NCBI RefSeq assembly: GCF_022701215.1
Contig: NZ_CP089976.1
Coordinates: forward strand, 1,740,001 to 1,772,000
From: Moraxella nasovis
GTDB lineage: Bacteria; Pseudomonadota; Gammaproteobacteria; Pseudomonadales; Moraxellaceae
Reading direction: 5' to 3'
DNA: 32,000 bases
The notes beneath the pieces were generated by a model. That model had not been told where the DNA came from. It did no database searches and saw only the letters and a program-made list of their open reading frames with translations. A program made the position numbers and the translations under genes. The stretch's first letter is position 1. Every line of letters begins with the position of its first letter. Shown piece by piece: positions 8,112-15,948 of the stretch.

Positions 8112-9881
8112 TTAAAAAAACTCTGACTCAAACGCCATAATACTGTCTGAGCCTGCTTTTGCCACATCAGCATGAGCGGCTAGGTTAGGTAAGATGTGAG
8201 TGATAAAGTAGTCTGCCAACTTTCGCTTATTGACATAAAACTCATCTGATTTACCCTCGCACGCCTTGGCGATAAGAACATACATATACGCATAGCACAG
8301 ATAGCCAGTAGCGTGCAGATAATTGACGGCACTGGCATTAATGGCGTTCGGATCGGTTTTGGCGGCAGTGATAAGATTATCTGTCAGTGTCTGTACGATA
8401 TGGCAGGCATTTTGTACAGTGCTTTTAAGTGTGTTATCGCCCAGTGATTCGCTTGCTTGATGAATTTCAAGGATAAAGTTTGCCATCGCCATACCATCAT
8501 CTTTAATTACCTTGCGACCTAATAAATCGAGTGACTGAATGCCATTTGTGCCTTCATAAATCTGACTGATACGAGTATCACGGACGATTTGTTCCATTCC
8601 CCATTCTTTGATATAGCCATGCCCACCAAAGACTTGTTGGCAGTCGATGGTTGCTTCGAACGCCTTATCGGTTAAGAAGGCTTTAGCAATCGGTGTCAGT
8701 AGGGCGACTTTGATGTTTGCTGCAGCTTGTTCGGCTTTATCATCACTAAACTTGGCAATGTCTAAATGCTTGGCGACATACATGGCAAATGTACGAGCAG
8801 CAACGCTATTGGCTTTGGTATTTAAGAGCAGACGACGAACATCAGCATGATGGATAATGCTGTCAGCGGATTTATCAGGGTTTTTGATGCCAGCATCACT
8901 ACGCCCTTGCAGACGCTCCTTAGCGTAAGCACAGGCGTTTTGGTAGGCAAGTACGCTTGCCCCTAAGCCTTGCAATCCCATGGTGACACGTTCATAGTTC
9001 ATCATAATGAACATAGAAGCAAGCCCTGTATTAGGCTGTCCAACCATATAGCCAGTTGCACCATCAAAATTCATCACGCAAGTTGCCGATGCCTTAATGC
9101 CCATCTTATGTTCGATAGAGCCTGCTTGTACGCCATTATGTTCACCAAGTGAACCATCTGCATTCACTAAAAACTTTGGCACGATAAAAAGCGAGATGCC
9201 TTTTGAGCCTGATGGGGCATCTGGTGTTTTGGCAAGCACTAAATGAATGATATTCTCGCTTAGGTCGTGCTCCCCACCTGTAATGAAGATTTTCGTACCT
9301 GTAATGGTAAAGCTGCCATCTTGTCTTGGTGTGGCTTTAGTTTTAATCATGCCAAGATCTGTGCCAGCATGAGCCTCAGTTAGGCACATTGTGCCAGACC
9401 ATGCACCGCTGTATAGCTTCTCAAGATAAGTGTTCTTTTGTTCTTCGCTTGCTGACCCAAGTAAGCATAAGCTTGCCCCTACGGTTAAATTAGGATATAG
9501 GGCAAATGATTGGTTGGTTGAAAACAGCATTTCTTCGGTCAGCATGGTAACTGTTTTTGGCATGCCTTGACCGCCATATTTTACATCACCACCAAGTCCA
9601 ATCCAGCCTGCCTCGCTGTATTGCTTAAAAGCCTCACGAAAGCCTGATGGTGTTGCTACTTTACCATCTCCTAAAAATACGGCACCTTCATCATCGCCAG
9701 ATTGATTTAAGGGCAGTAATTTTTCGGTGGCAAATTTTGCCATCTCATCTAAAATCAGATTTACTGTATCCATGTCCACATGATTAAGCTTTGGCGTGTT
9801 TTGCCAAAAAGTAGGTATGTCTAACACATCGTTTAAGGTGAAACGCATTTCGTCAAGTGGTGCGGTATAATGTAACGTCAT
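8112..9881 (-). CDS. Long-type acyl-CoA dehydrogenase (about 590 aa, with extra N- and C-terminal ACAD domains; FadE/DmdC-like)
   Basis: N-terminus LHYTAPLDEMRFTLNDVL, central CLTEAHAGTDLG, FITGGEHD, and C-proximal QIYEGTNGIQSLDLLGRK are ACAD motifs. Substrate cannot be inferred. AAGGA Shine-Dalgarno present. Confidence 0.85.
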   Translation of the reverse strand: MTLHYTAPLDEMRFTLNDVLDIPTFWQNTPKLNHVDMDTVNLILDEMAKFATEKLLPLNQSGDDEGAVFLGDGKVATPSGFREAFKQYSEAGWIGLGGDVKYGGQGMPKTVTMLTEEMLFSTNQSFALYPNLTVGASLCLLGSASEEQKNTYLEKLYSGAWSGTMCLTEAHAGTDLGMIKTKATPRQDGSFTITGTKIFITGGEHDLSENIIHLVLAKTPDAPSGSKGISLFIVPKFLVNADGSLGEHNGVQAGSIEHKMGIKASATCVMNFDGATGYMVGQPNTGLASMFIMMNYERVTMGLQGLGASVLAYQNACAYAKERLQGRSDAGIKNPDKSADSIIHHADVRRLLLNTKANSVAARTFAMYVAKHLDIAKFSDDKAEQAAANIKVALLTPIAKAFLTDKAFEATIDCQQVFGGHGYIKEWGMEQIVRDTRISQIYEGTNGIQSLDLLGRKVIKDDGMAMANFILEIHQASESLGDNTLKSTVQNACHIVQTLTDNLITAAKTDPNAINASAVNYLHATGYLCYAYMYVLIAKACEGKSDEFYVNKRKLADYFITHILPNLAAHADVAKAGSDSIMAFESEFF

Positions 9882-10089
9882 AGTAAGTCCTTTGTATCCT
9901 AGGAAATGAAGATGAAATCATGTCATCTGATTGTAACGACATCATTTAGCAAAACAATGTGCAAGCGTGCAAAAGAGCCAACATCATAAGGTTTAATTTA
10001 CACGGTAAATTTATAGTAGCGAATTATGATTGCCATGTGAAGTGGTAGATTAGACTGTTGGGTCATTTTTTTAATTTTGGTAAAAAAAT

Positions 10090-10148
10090 TTTAAAAATCA
10101 ATCAAATGCACGTATAATGCTGATTTACCATATGACTAAGTGACTTAG
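10090..10148 (+). promoter_or_regulatory. Candidate promoter plus palindrome upstream of the DUF1543 gene
   Basis: TTTAAA (10090-10095), 17-nt spacer, perfect TATAAT (10113-10118), then the 6-1-6 palindrome CTAAGT-G-ACTTAG (10136-10148) between the predicted start site and the AAGGGG Shine-Dalgarno. Confidence 0.3.
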
Positions 10149-10173
10149 CTTACTTATTAACATAAAGGGGAAT

Positions 10174-10734
10174 ATGATGAAATTATATATGCTAAAAATT
10201 GGAGCAACACCAAGGGGTAGGCTAATTGAGCAGCATGATGTATTATTTGGCTTGGCAGATGATATTTCTGAGCTTGTGACGGTTGTTGATAAATCGTGGG
10301 TAGAAGCGGCTGGCATTTGGCATTTAGATGCGTATCGCACGGTTACTTATGTTGATGGCTTTGATGTGTCAGTTGTCCCAAAGTCTGATGCACTAGCGAG
10401 CGATTATCAGCTGTTCTTTGTTAATCTAGGCGGCTATAAGCCCAACCATTTTGAAGAATTTCATCATAAAATGCTGATCATTGCTAAAAGCATGAATGAA
10501 GCGACCGCCATCGCCAAAAAGAGTGATTTTTATCGAGAATTTAACATTGAAGGTACGTCAGCGACATCGCATATTGACGATAAGCACAGCGTTATGATTG
10601 ATGAAATCTATGCAGTATCTGATGTTCTTGCTGGTCATCATGGTAATCTAAGTCTGCAAATAACCCCAAGCGTATGCCATCAGCCTGATGAGATGATGAT
10701 TGGCTACTTTCCAAGAAAATCATTGATTGTTTAA
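10174..10734 (+). CDS. DUF1543 domain protein, two divergent repeats, function unknown
   Basis: KLYMLKIGATPRGRLIEQHDVLFGL...WHLDAY...VDGFDV and a second half QLFFVNLGGYKPNHFEEFHHKMLIIAKSMNEA...SHIDDKHSV match my recollection of DUF1543 proteins (LGG...IE.HDV.F ... HID). AAGGGG Shine-Dalgarno present. Confidence 0.6.
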   Translation: MMKLYMLKIGATPRGRLIEQHDVLFGLADDISELVTVVDKSWVEAAGIWHLDAYRTVTYVDGFDVSVVPKSDALASDYQLFFVNLGGYKPNHFEEFHHKMLIIAKSMNEATAIAKKSDFYREFNIEGTSATSHIDDKHSVMIDEIYAVSDVLAGHHGNLSLQITPSVCHQPDEMMIGYFPRKSLIV

Positions 10735-10756
10735 CCTTTAATTAAAGTTGCCACTT

Positions 10757-11842
10757 ATGACTACTATTTGCCAAGCCAAGCCTTATTTGCCTGCCATTGA
10801 ATCGGCATATTTTAAAACCACGCCCGCTGATTTTATCGTGACAGAACAGTTAGATATAGAATTTAGTGGGGCTGGTGAGCATCTTTGGGTGTATGTTTTT
10901 AAAGAAAATATGAACACCACTTTTGTTGCAAAACTTTTGGCAATGTGGGCAGATATAGGCGTGCGTGATGTGGGCTTTAGTGGGCTAAAAGATAGGCGAG
11001 CACAAACCTTTCAATGGTTTAGCTTGCTTATCCCAAAGTCGGTCATGCCAAGTATAAGTTTTGAGAAATTTATCAAAACCCAAGCTTTAAATGATGATGA
11101 AAAAGTGTCATTACTCAAAACGCATTGGCATCATAAAAAACTGGGTCGTGGCACACATAAGACAAATCACTTTAACTTAACCTTACGAGAAGTCAAAGGT
11201 AATCGGCAGGCAATTGATGAGCAACTACACGCCATCGCTACACTAGGCGTACCTAACTATTTTGGCGATCAGCGTTTTGGCATTGATGCTCAAAATATCC
11301 AAAAATCACAACAATTTTTTGAAAAAATTTTAGCAACGGGCAAGCCTTATAAACCCTACAAAAAAGACCAAGAACGCCATGCCCTGCTGATTTCCACTGC
11401 TAGAAGCGTGCTATTTAATGCTGTGCTTGATTATCGTGTGTCCCTTGGACTGTGGAATCAAGCCATTGCAGGTGACGTGTTTAACTTGGACGGTACAGGC
11501 TCGGTTTTTACAAGTGAGATTACCGATGAGATTTGCCAGCGGATATCAAAAGGTGATATACATCCGACTGCACCGCTGTTTGGTGCAGGAAAAAGCCTAG
11601 CGACAGATGATTGCTTATCGCTTGAGAAGGCAATTTTAGATGATGAAAAATACGCAAGCTTTACTAAGGGGCTGGTTGCCATCAAAGCAAAAATGGCACG
11701 CCGTAGTACACGACTGCTCATCGGCAATCTAAAGTGGCAATGGCAAAATGATGAGATATTGACCTTAGAATTTAACTTACCTAAAGGAAGTTTTGCAACT
11801 GTGGTGCTTGATGCAATCGTGGCAGAGCTTATCCAGTCTTGA
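10757..11842 (+). CDS. truD: tRNA pseudouridine(13) synthase TruD
   Basis: FKTTPADFIVTEQL...GAGEHLWVYVFKENMNTTFVAKLL...FSGLKDRRAQTFQWFS (catalytic Asp in GLKDRRA). ATG at 10757 is preferred; an in-frame TTG at 10748 is an alternative. Confidence 0.9.
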   Translation: MTTICQAKPYLPAIESAYFKTTPADFIVTEQLDIEFSGAGEHLWVYVFKENMNTTFVAKLLAMWADIGVRDVGFSGLKDRRAQTFQWFSLLIPKSVMPSISFEKFIKTQALNDDEKVSLLKTHWHHKKLGRGTHKTNHFNLTLREVKGNRQAIDEQLHAIATLGVPNYFGDQRFGIDAQNIQKSQQFFEKILATGKPYKPYKKDQERHALLISTARSVLFNAVLDYRVSLGLWNQAIAGDVFNLDGTGSVFTSEITDEICQRISKGDIHPTAPLFGAGKSLATDDCLSLEKAILDDEKYASFTKGLVAIKAKMARRSTRLLIGNLKWQWQNDEILTLEFNLPKGSFATVVLDAIVAELIQS

Positions 11843-11889
11843 ATATGTGGCAGTGTGAGTTAAGTAGGTAAACCAATCAGAGTGCATTT

Positions 11890-12693
11890 ATGAACATAAA
11901 GAAAATAACTATTATGCAGATGGGTAATTTAGCCCACGTTGTCATTTATAGACTTGGCTGCCTAAGTGGGCTGTGTGCGGTTGCTATATTTGGCATGCAG
12001 ACAGCTTTTGCTGCTCAAGAGCCATCTGATGTAATCACAACGTTAGATAAAGTAAAAGATGAAAAATCGGCTGATCTAAAACATGCTGACGCACCGATAT
12101 GCTCACCTGAAGCGTTGGCACAGGGTATTTGGCATTTTTCCTACGATGAAGCAAGCAGGGCGGACTTGGTCTGGAGCGGGTTTGGGGATAAGCGTCATGC
12201 TAATAAAAAAATACATAAAGACGTAAAAGAACCCTTGCTTGAGATGATTAAAGCTGCAAAAAAAGATAAAGTGGACTTGTATCCTGCATCTATTTTTCGC
12301 TCGGTGAAAAAACAAGCTTGGATTGTCAATGATAAAATACGCAAAAAGCAAAAGCCAGAGCAGATTTATTTTGTGTCATCGCCAGCAGGGTTTTCAGAAC
12401 ATCATACAGGCTATGCGGTGGATTTTTACCCTGTGGATGAGAAGTTTGTTAAGACTAAGGCGTATCCTTGGTTATTGGAGAATGCCGAGAAGTTTGGCTG
12501 GGAGCAGACTTTTACAGCAGATTATTCCAAAAAAAGCGGCGTCTCAGAAGAAGCGTGGCATTGGCGTTATGTTGGCGATGAGTATGGTAAGCATTTGTTT
12601 GAGCCACGCACCTGCCAGTCGCTGATAGTTGATGAAAATAGGGGCGTAATTGATGAGATTAAAGACTTAGTTGATGATAAAAGCTCTAATTAA
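11890..12693 (+). CDS. Secreted VanY/M15B-family D-alanyl-D-alanine carboxypeptidase
   Basis: Signal-like N-terminus ending AFA-AQE. Zinc-peptidase motifs SEHHTGYAVDF and EEAWHWRYVG. The start could instead be the ATG at 11917. Confidence 0.8.
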   Translation: MNIKKITIMQMGNLAHVVIYRLGCLSGLCAVAIFGMQTAFAAQEPSDVITTLDKVKDEKSADLKHADAPICSPEALAQGIWHFSYDEASRADLVWSGFGDKRHANKKIHKDVKEPLLEMIKAAKKDKVDLYPASIFRSVKKQAWIVNDKIRKKQKPEQIYFVSSPAGFSEHHTGYAVDFYPVDEKFVKTKAYPWLLENAEKFGWEQTFTADYSKKSGVSEEAWHWRYVGDEYGKHLFEPRTCQSLIVDENRGVIDEIKDLVDDKSSN

Positions 12694-12746
12694 ATAGCCA
12701 GCCTTAAGTTTTAAAAAGCTAAAGCAATCAGATTGATGCGTTGTAT

Positions 12747-13382
12747 TTATAAGATAATATGAGCTAAATCACCGCTTGCTATAGCAACCATGCTACGGCA
12801 TTCTTTTAGTATGTGGGCTTGGTAGAACCAGCGCCCAATTTTTGGGTGGTATGCCATGCCTTGTTGCATAAGCTTATCAGCTTTGGTGTCTAGTTCGGCA
12901 AGCCTAAGCCGAATGCCTAAGCCGTGTGCTTTTAACACTGCTTCTTTTGCTGTCCAAATCTCAAACCATGCGTGTACTTTGTTTGGGGAATTTTGCCAAT
13001 ACCGCTGTTCATTTTGGCTAAAATACCGCTGTGCCATACCGCTAAAGTTCACTTTTCTATCCAAGCTTTCAAGATCAACACCGATACGACTGTTATCGTT
13101 TGTCCAGACTAACGCATAATGTTCTTTGGTATGGCTTTGGCTAAAATGCAGTGTGTCAATATTTGTACAAATAGGCTTGCCTGTACCTGTTTTGCCAAAA
13201 GTAGGGCGGTTCAACCCTAGATTTTCACAAAATTTTACCAATGTGTCTTGGCGATACTGTCTAAGAATCAGCCGTTGTTGTGCAGGCGTGGTAAATCCAT
13301 CATCTGGCTGGTGGTGAGAATTAACACCATATAATTGAATGATGGATGCGATTGACCTGTGATGTAGATGGATGTTAGACAT
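12747..13382 (-). CDS. Sfp/EntD-type 4'-phosphopantetheinyl transferase
   Basis: IGVDLESLDRK and WTAKEAVLKAHGLG are the PPTase motifs. The ATG overlaps the hutI stop by 8 nt (ATGTCTAA, 13375-13382), and an AAGGA lies inside the hutI 3' end. Confidence 0.85.
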   Translation of the reverse strand: MSNIHLHHRSIASIIQLYGVNSHHQPDDGFTTPAQQRLILRQYRQDTLVKFCENLGLNRPTFGKTGTGKPICTNIDTLHFSQSHTKEHYALVWTNDNSRIGVDLESLDRKVNFSGMAQRYFSQNEQRYWQNSPNKVHAWFEIWTAKEAVLKAHGLGIRLRLAELDTKADKLMQQGMAYHPKIGRWFYQAHILKECRSMVAIASGDLAHIIL

Positions 13383-14592
13383 GCTTTCCTTGAATAATCA
13401 AGCTATCAAGCCGACGCTCACCAATCAAATACACCAAATCGGCAGGTCTGTCAATGTCCCAAATCGCCAAATCAGCATCCATACCAACTTTAATTTGACC
13501 TTTGGTGTCTTGTAGCCCCAACGCACGGGCAGCATGAATCGTTGTCCCTGCTAGGGCTTCTTGGCAGGTTAAGCCAAATAAGGTACACGCCATATTCATC
13601 GCAAGCAAGAGTGATACTGTAGGCGATGTGCCAGGATTGCAGTCGGTAGAGACGGCCATATTGATGCCTTTGTGTCTCATTTGGTCAATGGGTGGTTTTT
13701 TGGTTTCTTTTAAAACATAAAACGCTGTCGGTAGCAGTACGCCCACGACACCTGCCTGTGCCATCTTATCTATGCTCATAGTTGATAGATATTCAATGTG
13801 GTCGGCAGATAATCCCCCAAAATCTGCTACTAAAGCCCCACCGCCCATATCGCTCATTTGTTCGGCGTGTAGTTTGACAGGCAGATTAAGTTCTTTGGCA
13901 ACAGCAAATAATCTGCCAACTTGGGCAGCATCAAAGGCGATAGATTCACAAAATGCGTCCACAGCATCCACCAAGCCTTCACCATGCAAAATACGCAACC
14001 ACGCACACGCCTGCTCAACATATTCATCTGATTTTCCTGCATATTCTGGCGGTAGGGCGTGCAGGGCAAGGTAGGTTTTTTGGACGGTTATGCCAAAATC
14101 TTCTCCAATTTTTTGGGCGACTTGTAACATCTTACGTTCCGTTGGCAAATCTAAGCCATAGCCTGATTTAATCTCAATCGTACCAATGCCTTGTGCTATC
14201 ATTGCACGCACTCGTGGCACGCTATACTCATACAGCTCATCAAAACTTGCCCCACGGGTCGCTCTAACACTTGCCAAAATACCGCCACCTGCTTTGGCGA
14301 TGTCTTTATAATCCACGCCGTTTAGCCGCATTTCAAATTCATCACTGCGATTGCCTGCATAGACCACGTGCGTATGACAGTCTATCAAAGCAGGCGTTGC
14401 CCATTTGCCTTGTGCATCTATTACGTTTTTGGTGCTGAAATCTTGGGGTAATTCACCAATTAAGGATATTTTGCCGTCTTGAATGCCGATATTGGTGTCT
14501 AGTATTTGACCATAAGGCGTACCACAACAAAAGCCAAATTCGCTGTTAAAAGTGGCAAGATTGATATTGGTGATTAGGGTGTCAAAGGTCAT
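13375..14592 (-). CDS. hutI: Imidazolonepropionase
   Basis: IDCHTHVVYAGNRSDEFEMRLNG, KSGYGL, HAEQ and TDCNPG are HutI amidohydrolase motifs. AAGGA lies 6 nt upstream. Confidence 0.95.
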   Translation of the reverse strand: MTFDTLITNINLATFNSEFGFCCGTPYGQILDTNIGIQDGKISLIGELPQDFSTKNVIDAQGKWATPALIDCHTHVVYAGNRSDEFEMRLNGVDYKDIAKAGGGILASVRATRGASFDELYEYSVPRVRAMIAQGIGTIEIKSGYGLDLPTERKMLQVAQKIGEDFGITVQKTYLALHALPPEYAGKSDEYVEQACAWLRILHGEGLVDAVDAFCESIAFDAAQVGRLFAVAKELNLPVKLHAEQMSDMGGGALVADFGGLSADHIEYLSTMSIDKMAQAGVVGVLLPTAFYVLKETKKPPIDQMRHKGINMAVSTDCNPGTSPTVSLLLAMNMACTLFGLTCQEALAGTTIHAARALGLQDTKGQIKVGMDADLAIWDIDRPADLVYLIGERRLDSLIIQGKHV

Positions 14593-14607
14593 GGGTTGTC
14601 CTTGTTG

Positions 14608-14874
14608 TTATGATTTTGGTAGTTCGGTCTTTAAGGGTGGTCTTACCATCGTTAAATACATTAAATCAAATACTTTATATTTTTGATAATTTTGGCGGGC
14701 TTCGTATAAGGTTAAACCGTTGTTTGCCATCGATGGCAGGTGTAAAACTTCATCGGGTGATGAAACAAGCCAATCGTCTTCCCAAAAACAAACAGGGCAG
14801 ATGTCAAACCCACCACGCTCATTGACGGTAAGGTAGCCACAGCAATAACACACAATTTCATCAAAATTATTCAT
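14608..14874 (-). CDS. Cysteine-rich CPCC-family small protein (88 aa), function unknown
   Basis: CYCCGYLTVNERGGFDICPVCFWEDD...LTLYEARQNYQKY resembles the Cys_rich_CPCC family. The start overlaps the hutG stop (ATGAATAA). The stop lies 15 nt before the hutI ATG. Confidence 0.75.
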   Translation of the reverse strand: MNNFDEIVCYCCGYLTVNERGGFDICPVCFWEDDWLVSSPDEVLHLPSMANNGLTLYEARQNYQKYKVFDLMYLTMVRPPLKTELPKS

Positions 14875-15877
14875 TATCCTGTCCTTTTAACAATAAATAC
14901 CGCTCCACACATACCGCCAAAAGCCGTGCGACCACCTTTGCCCCACGGTCATCTATGTCGTAGTTTGGATTAAACTCAGCAAAGTCTAGCACCCGAACCT
15001 TGCCTGTATCTATGAGTTTGGTGAGTAAAAACTCCACTAAATCAAGTGCTATTCCTTTGGCGTTAACGGCACTGACCGCAGGCATGACGGACGCTGGCAG
15101 AGAGTCTAAGTCCACCGTGATATATAGTACATCAATGACATTGATAAAATCTGTCATCTTTTGCCAAATCTCATCATAAGACAGGCGATGGCAGTCGTCG
15201 TCAAAAATCATGCCCACGCCAAGTTGTTTGGCTTTATCAAACAGACTGGCAGTGTTGGCAAAACGGCTAATTCCCACACAAAAATAACAAAAATCATCGC
15301 CCAATACATCAGCAATCTGTAAAAAAGGCGTGCCTGATGTGGCGTATTCGTCTGTCCGCAGATCAAAATGAGCATCAAAATTGATGATGCCGATTTTTTG
15401 GTTTCGCTTTTGATGTTGCAAGTGCTGATACAAGCCTAAAAATGAGCCATAAGCAATCTCATGCCCCCCGCCCAAGCCCACAGCAAGGGCGTTGTTGCTT
15501 AAAACTTGGGTGATTTGATTGGCGTAAGCGTGCTGGGCTTGTTCTAGACTATTGGGTGTGATTTTGTCATCATCATGGCAGACGATGTCGCCCATATCGC
15601 CAACCAAGTTTTGTAACTCATAAGATGTGTCTTGAATGTCTGATGTGATGGGCAATTTGGCAAAAAATTCACGAATGATACTGGGGGCAGATTTTGCACC
15701 CACTCGTCCCAGATTTCGCCGTACGCCTTGATGGCACGCAAAGCCGACAAGACAAATAGGCTCACGTTCATAGGCATGAACCACATTGTGCCAATAGATT
15801 GCTCTGCCTGTCTCGTGGGGGTCGGTGCGTCCAGTATAGTACTTAGGGTTAAAGGGGGTGTGCTGTGTGTGAGCCAT
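14867..15877 (-). CDS. hutG: Formimidoylglutamase (arginase-fold HutG)
   Basis: GGGHEIAYG, INFDAHFDLR and ITVDLDSL are the Mn-binding ureohydrolase motifs. Sits in hut operon context. Confidence 0.9.
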   Translation of the reverse strand: MAHTQHTPFNPKYYTGRTDPHETGRAIYWHNVVHAYEREPICLVGFACHQGVRRNLGRVGAKSAPSIIREFFAKLPITSDIQDTSYELQNLVGDMGDIVCHDDDKITPNSLEQAQHAYANQITQVLSNNALAVGLGGGHEIAYGSFLGLYQHLQHQKRNQKIGIINFDAHFDLRTDEYATSGTPFLQIADVLGDDFCYFCVGISRFANTASLFDKAKQLGVGMIFDDDCHRLSYDEIWQKMTDFINVIDVLYITVDLDSLPASVMPAVSAVNAKGIALDLVEFLLTKLIDTGKVRVLDFAEFNPNYDIDDRGAKVVARLLAVCVERYLLLKGQDNE

Positions 15878-15909
15878 GGCGTATTTTAATGCTTATTTAA
15901 TCAATGTCA

Positions 15910-15939
15910 GGGCGAGATTTTTCGCCCTTTTGGGTTTTT
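15910..15939 (+). other. Hairpin between hutH and hutG whose U-tail lies on the non-coding (plus) strand
   Basis: GGGCGA (15910-15915), loop GATTTT, TCGCCC (15922-15927), then TTTTGGGTTTTT on the plus strand. On the hut (minus) strand the stem is followed by TGACATTG, with no U-run. Confidence 0.5.
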
Positions 15940-15948
15940 AATTAAAAG

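Noticed and set aside
9906-9989. 27-codon plus-strand ORF (MKMKSCHLIVTTSFSKTMCKRAKEPTS) after an AGGA in the ACAD upstream region. GATGA/TCATC and tandem GTGCAA repeats lie nearby.
   Set aside because: The Shine-Dalgarno abuts the first ATG. There is no compositional or motif support. The region is better explained as the promoter and leader of the divergent genes, and the short repeats are within chance expectation.
10125-10340. 71-aa minus-strand ORF overlapping the promoter and 5' end of the DUF1543 gene.
   Set aside because: It is antisense to a gene with family-like motifs and a good Shine-Dalgarno. Its translation is low-complexity Ser/Ile-rich and has no Shine-Dalgarno.
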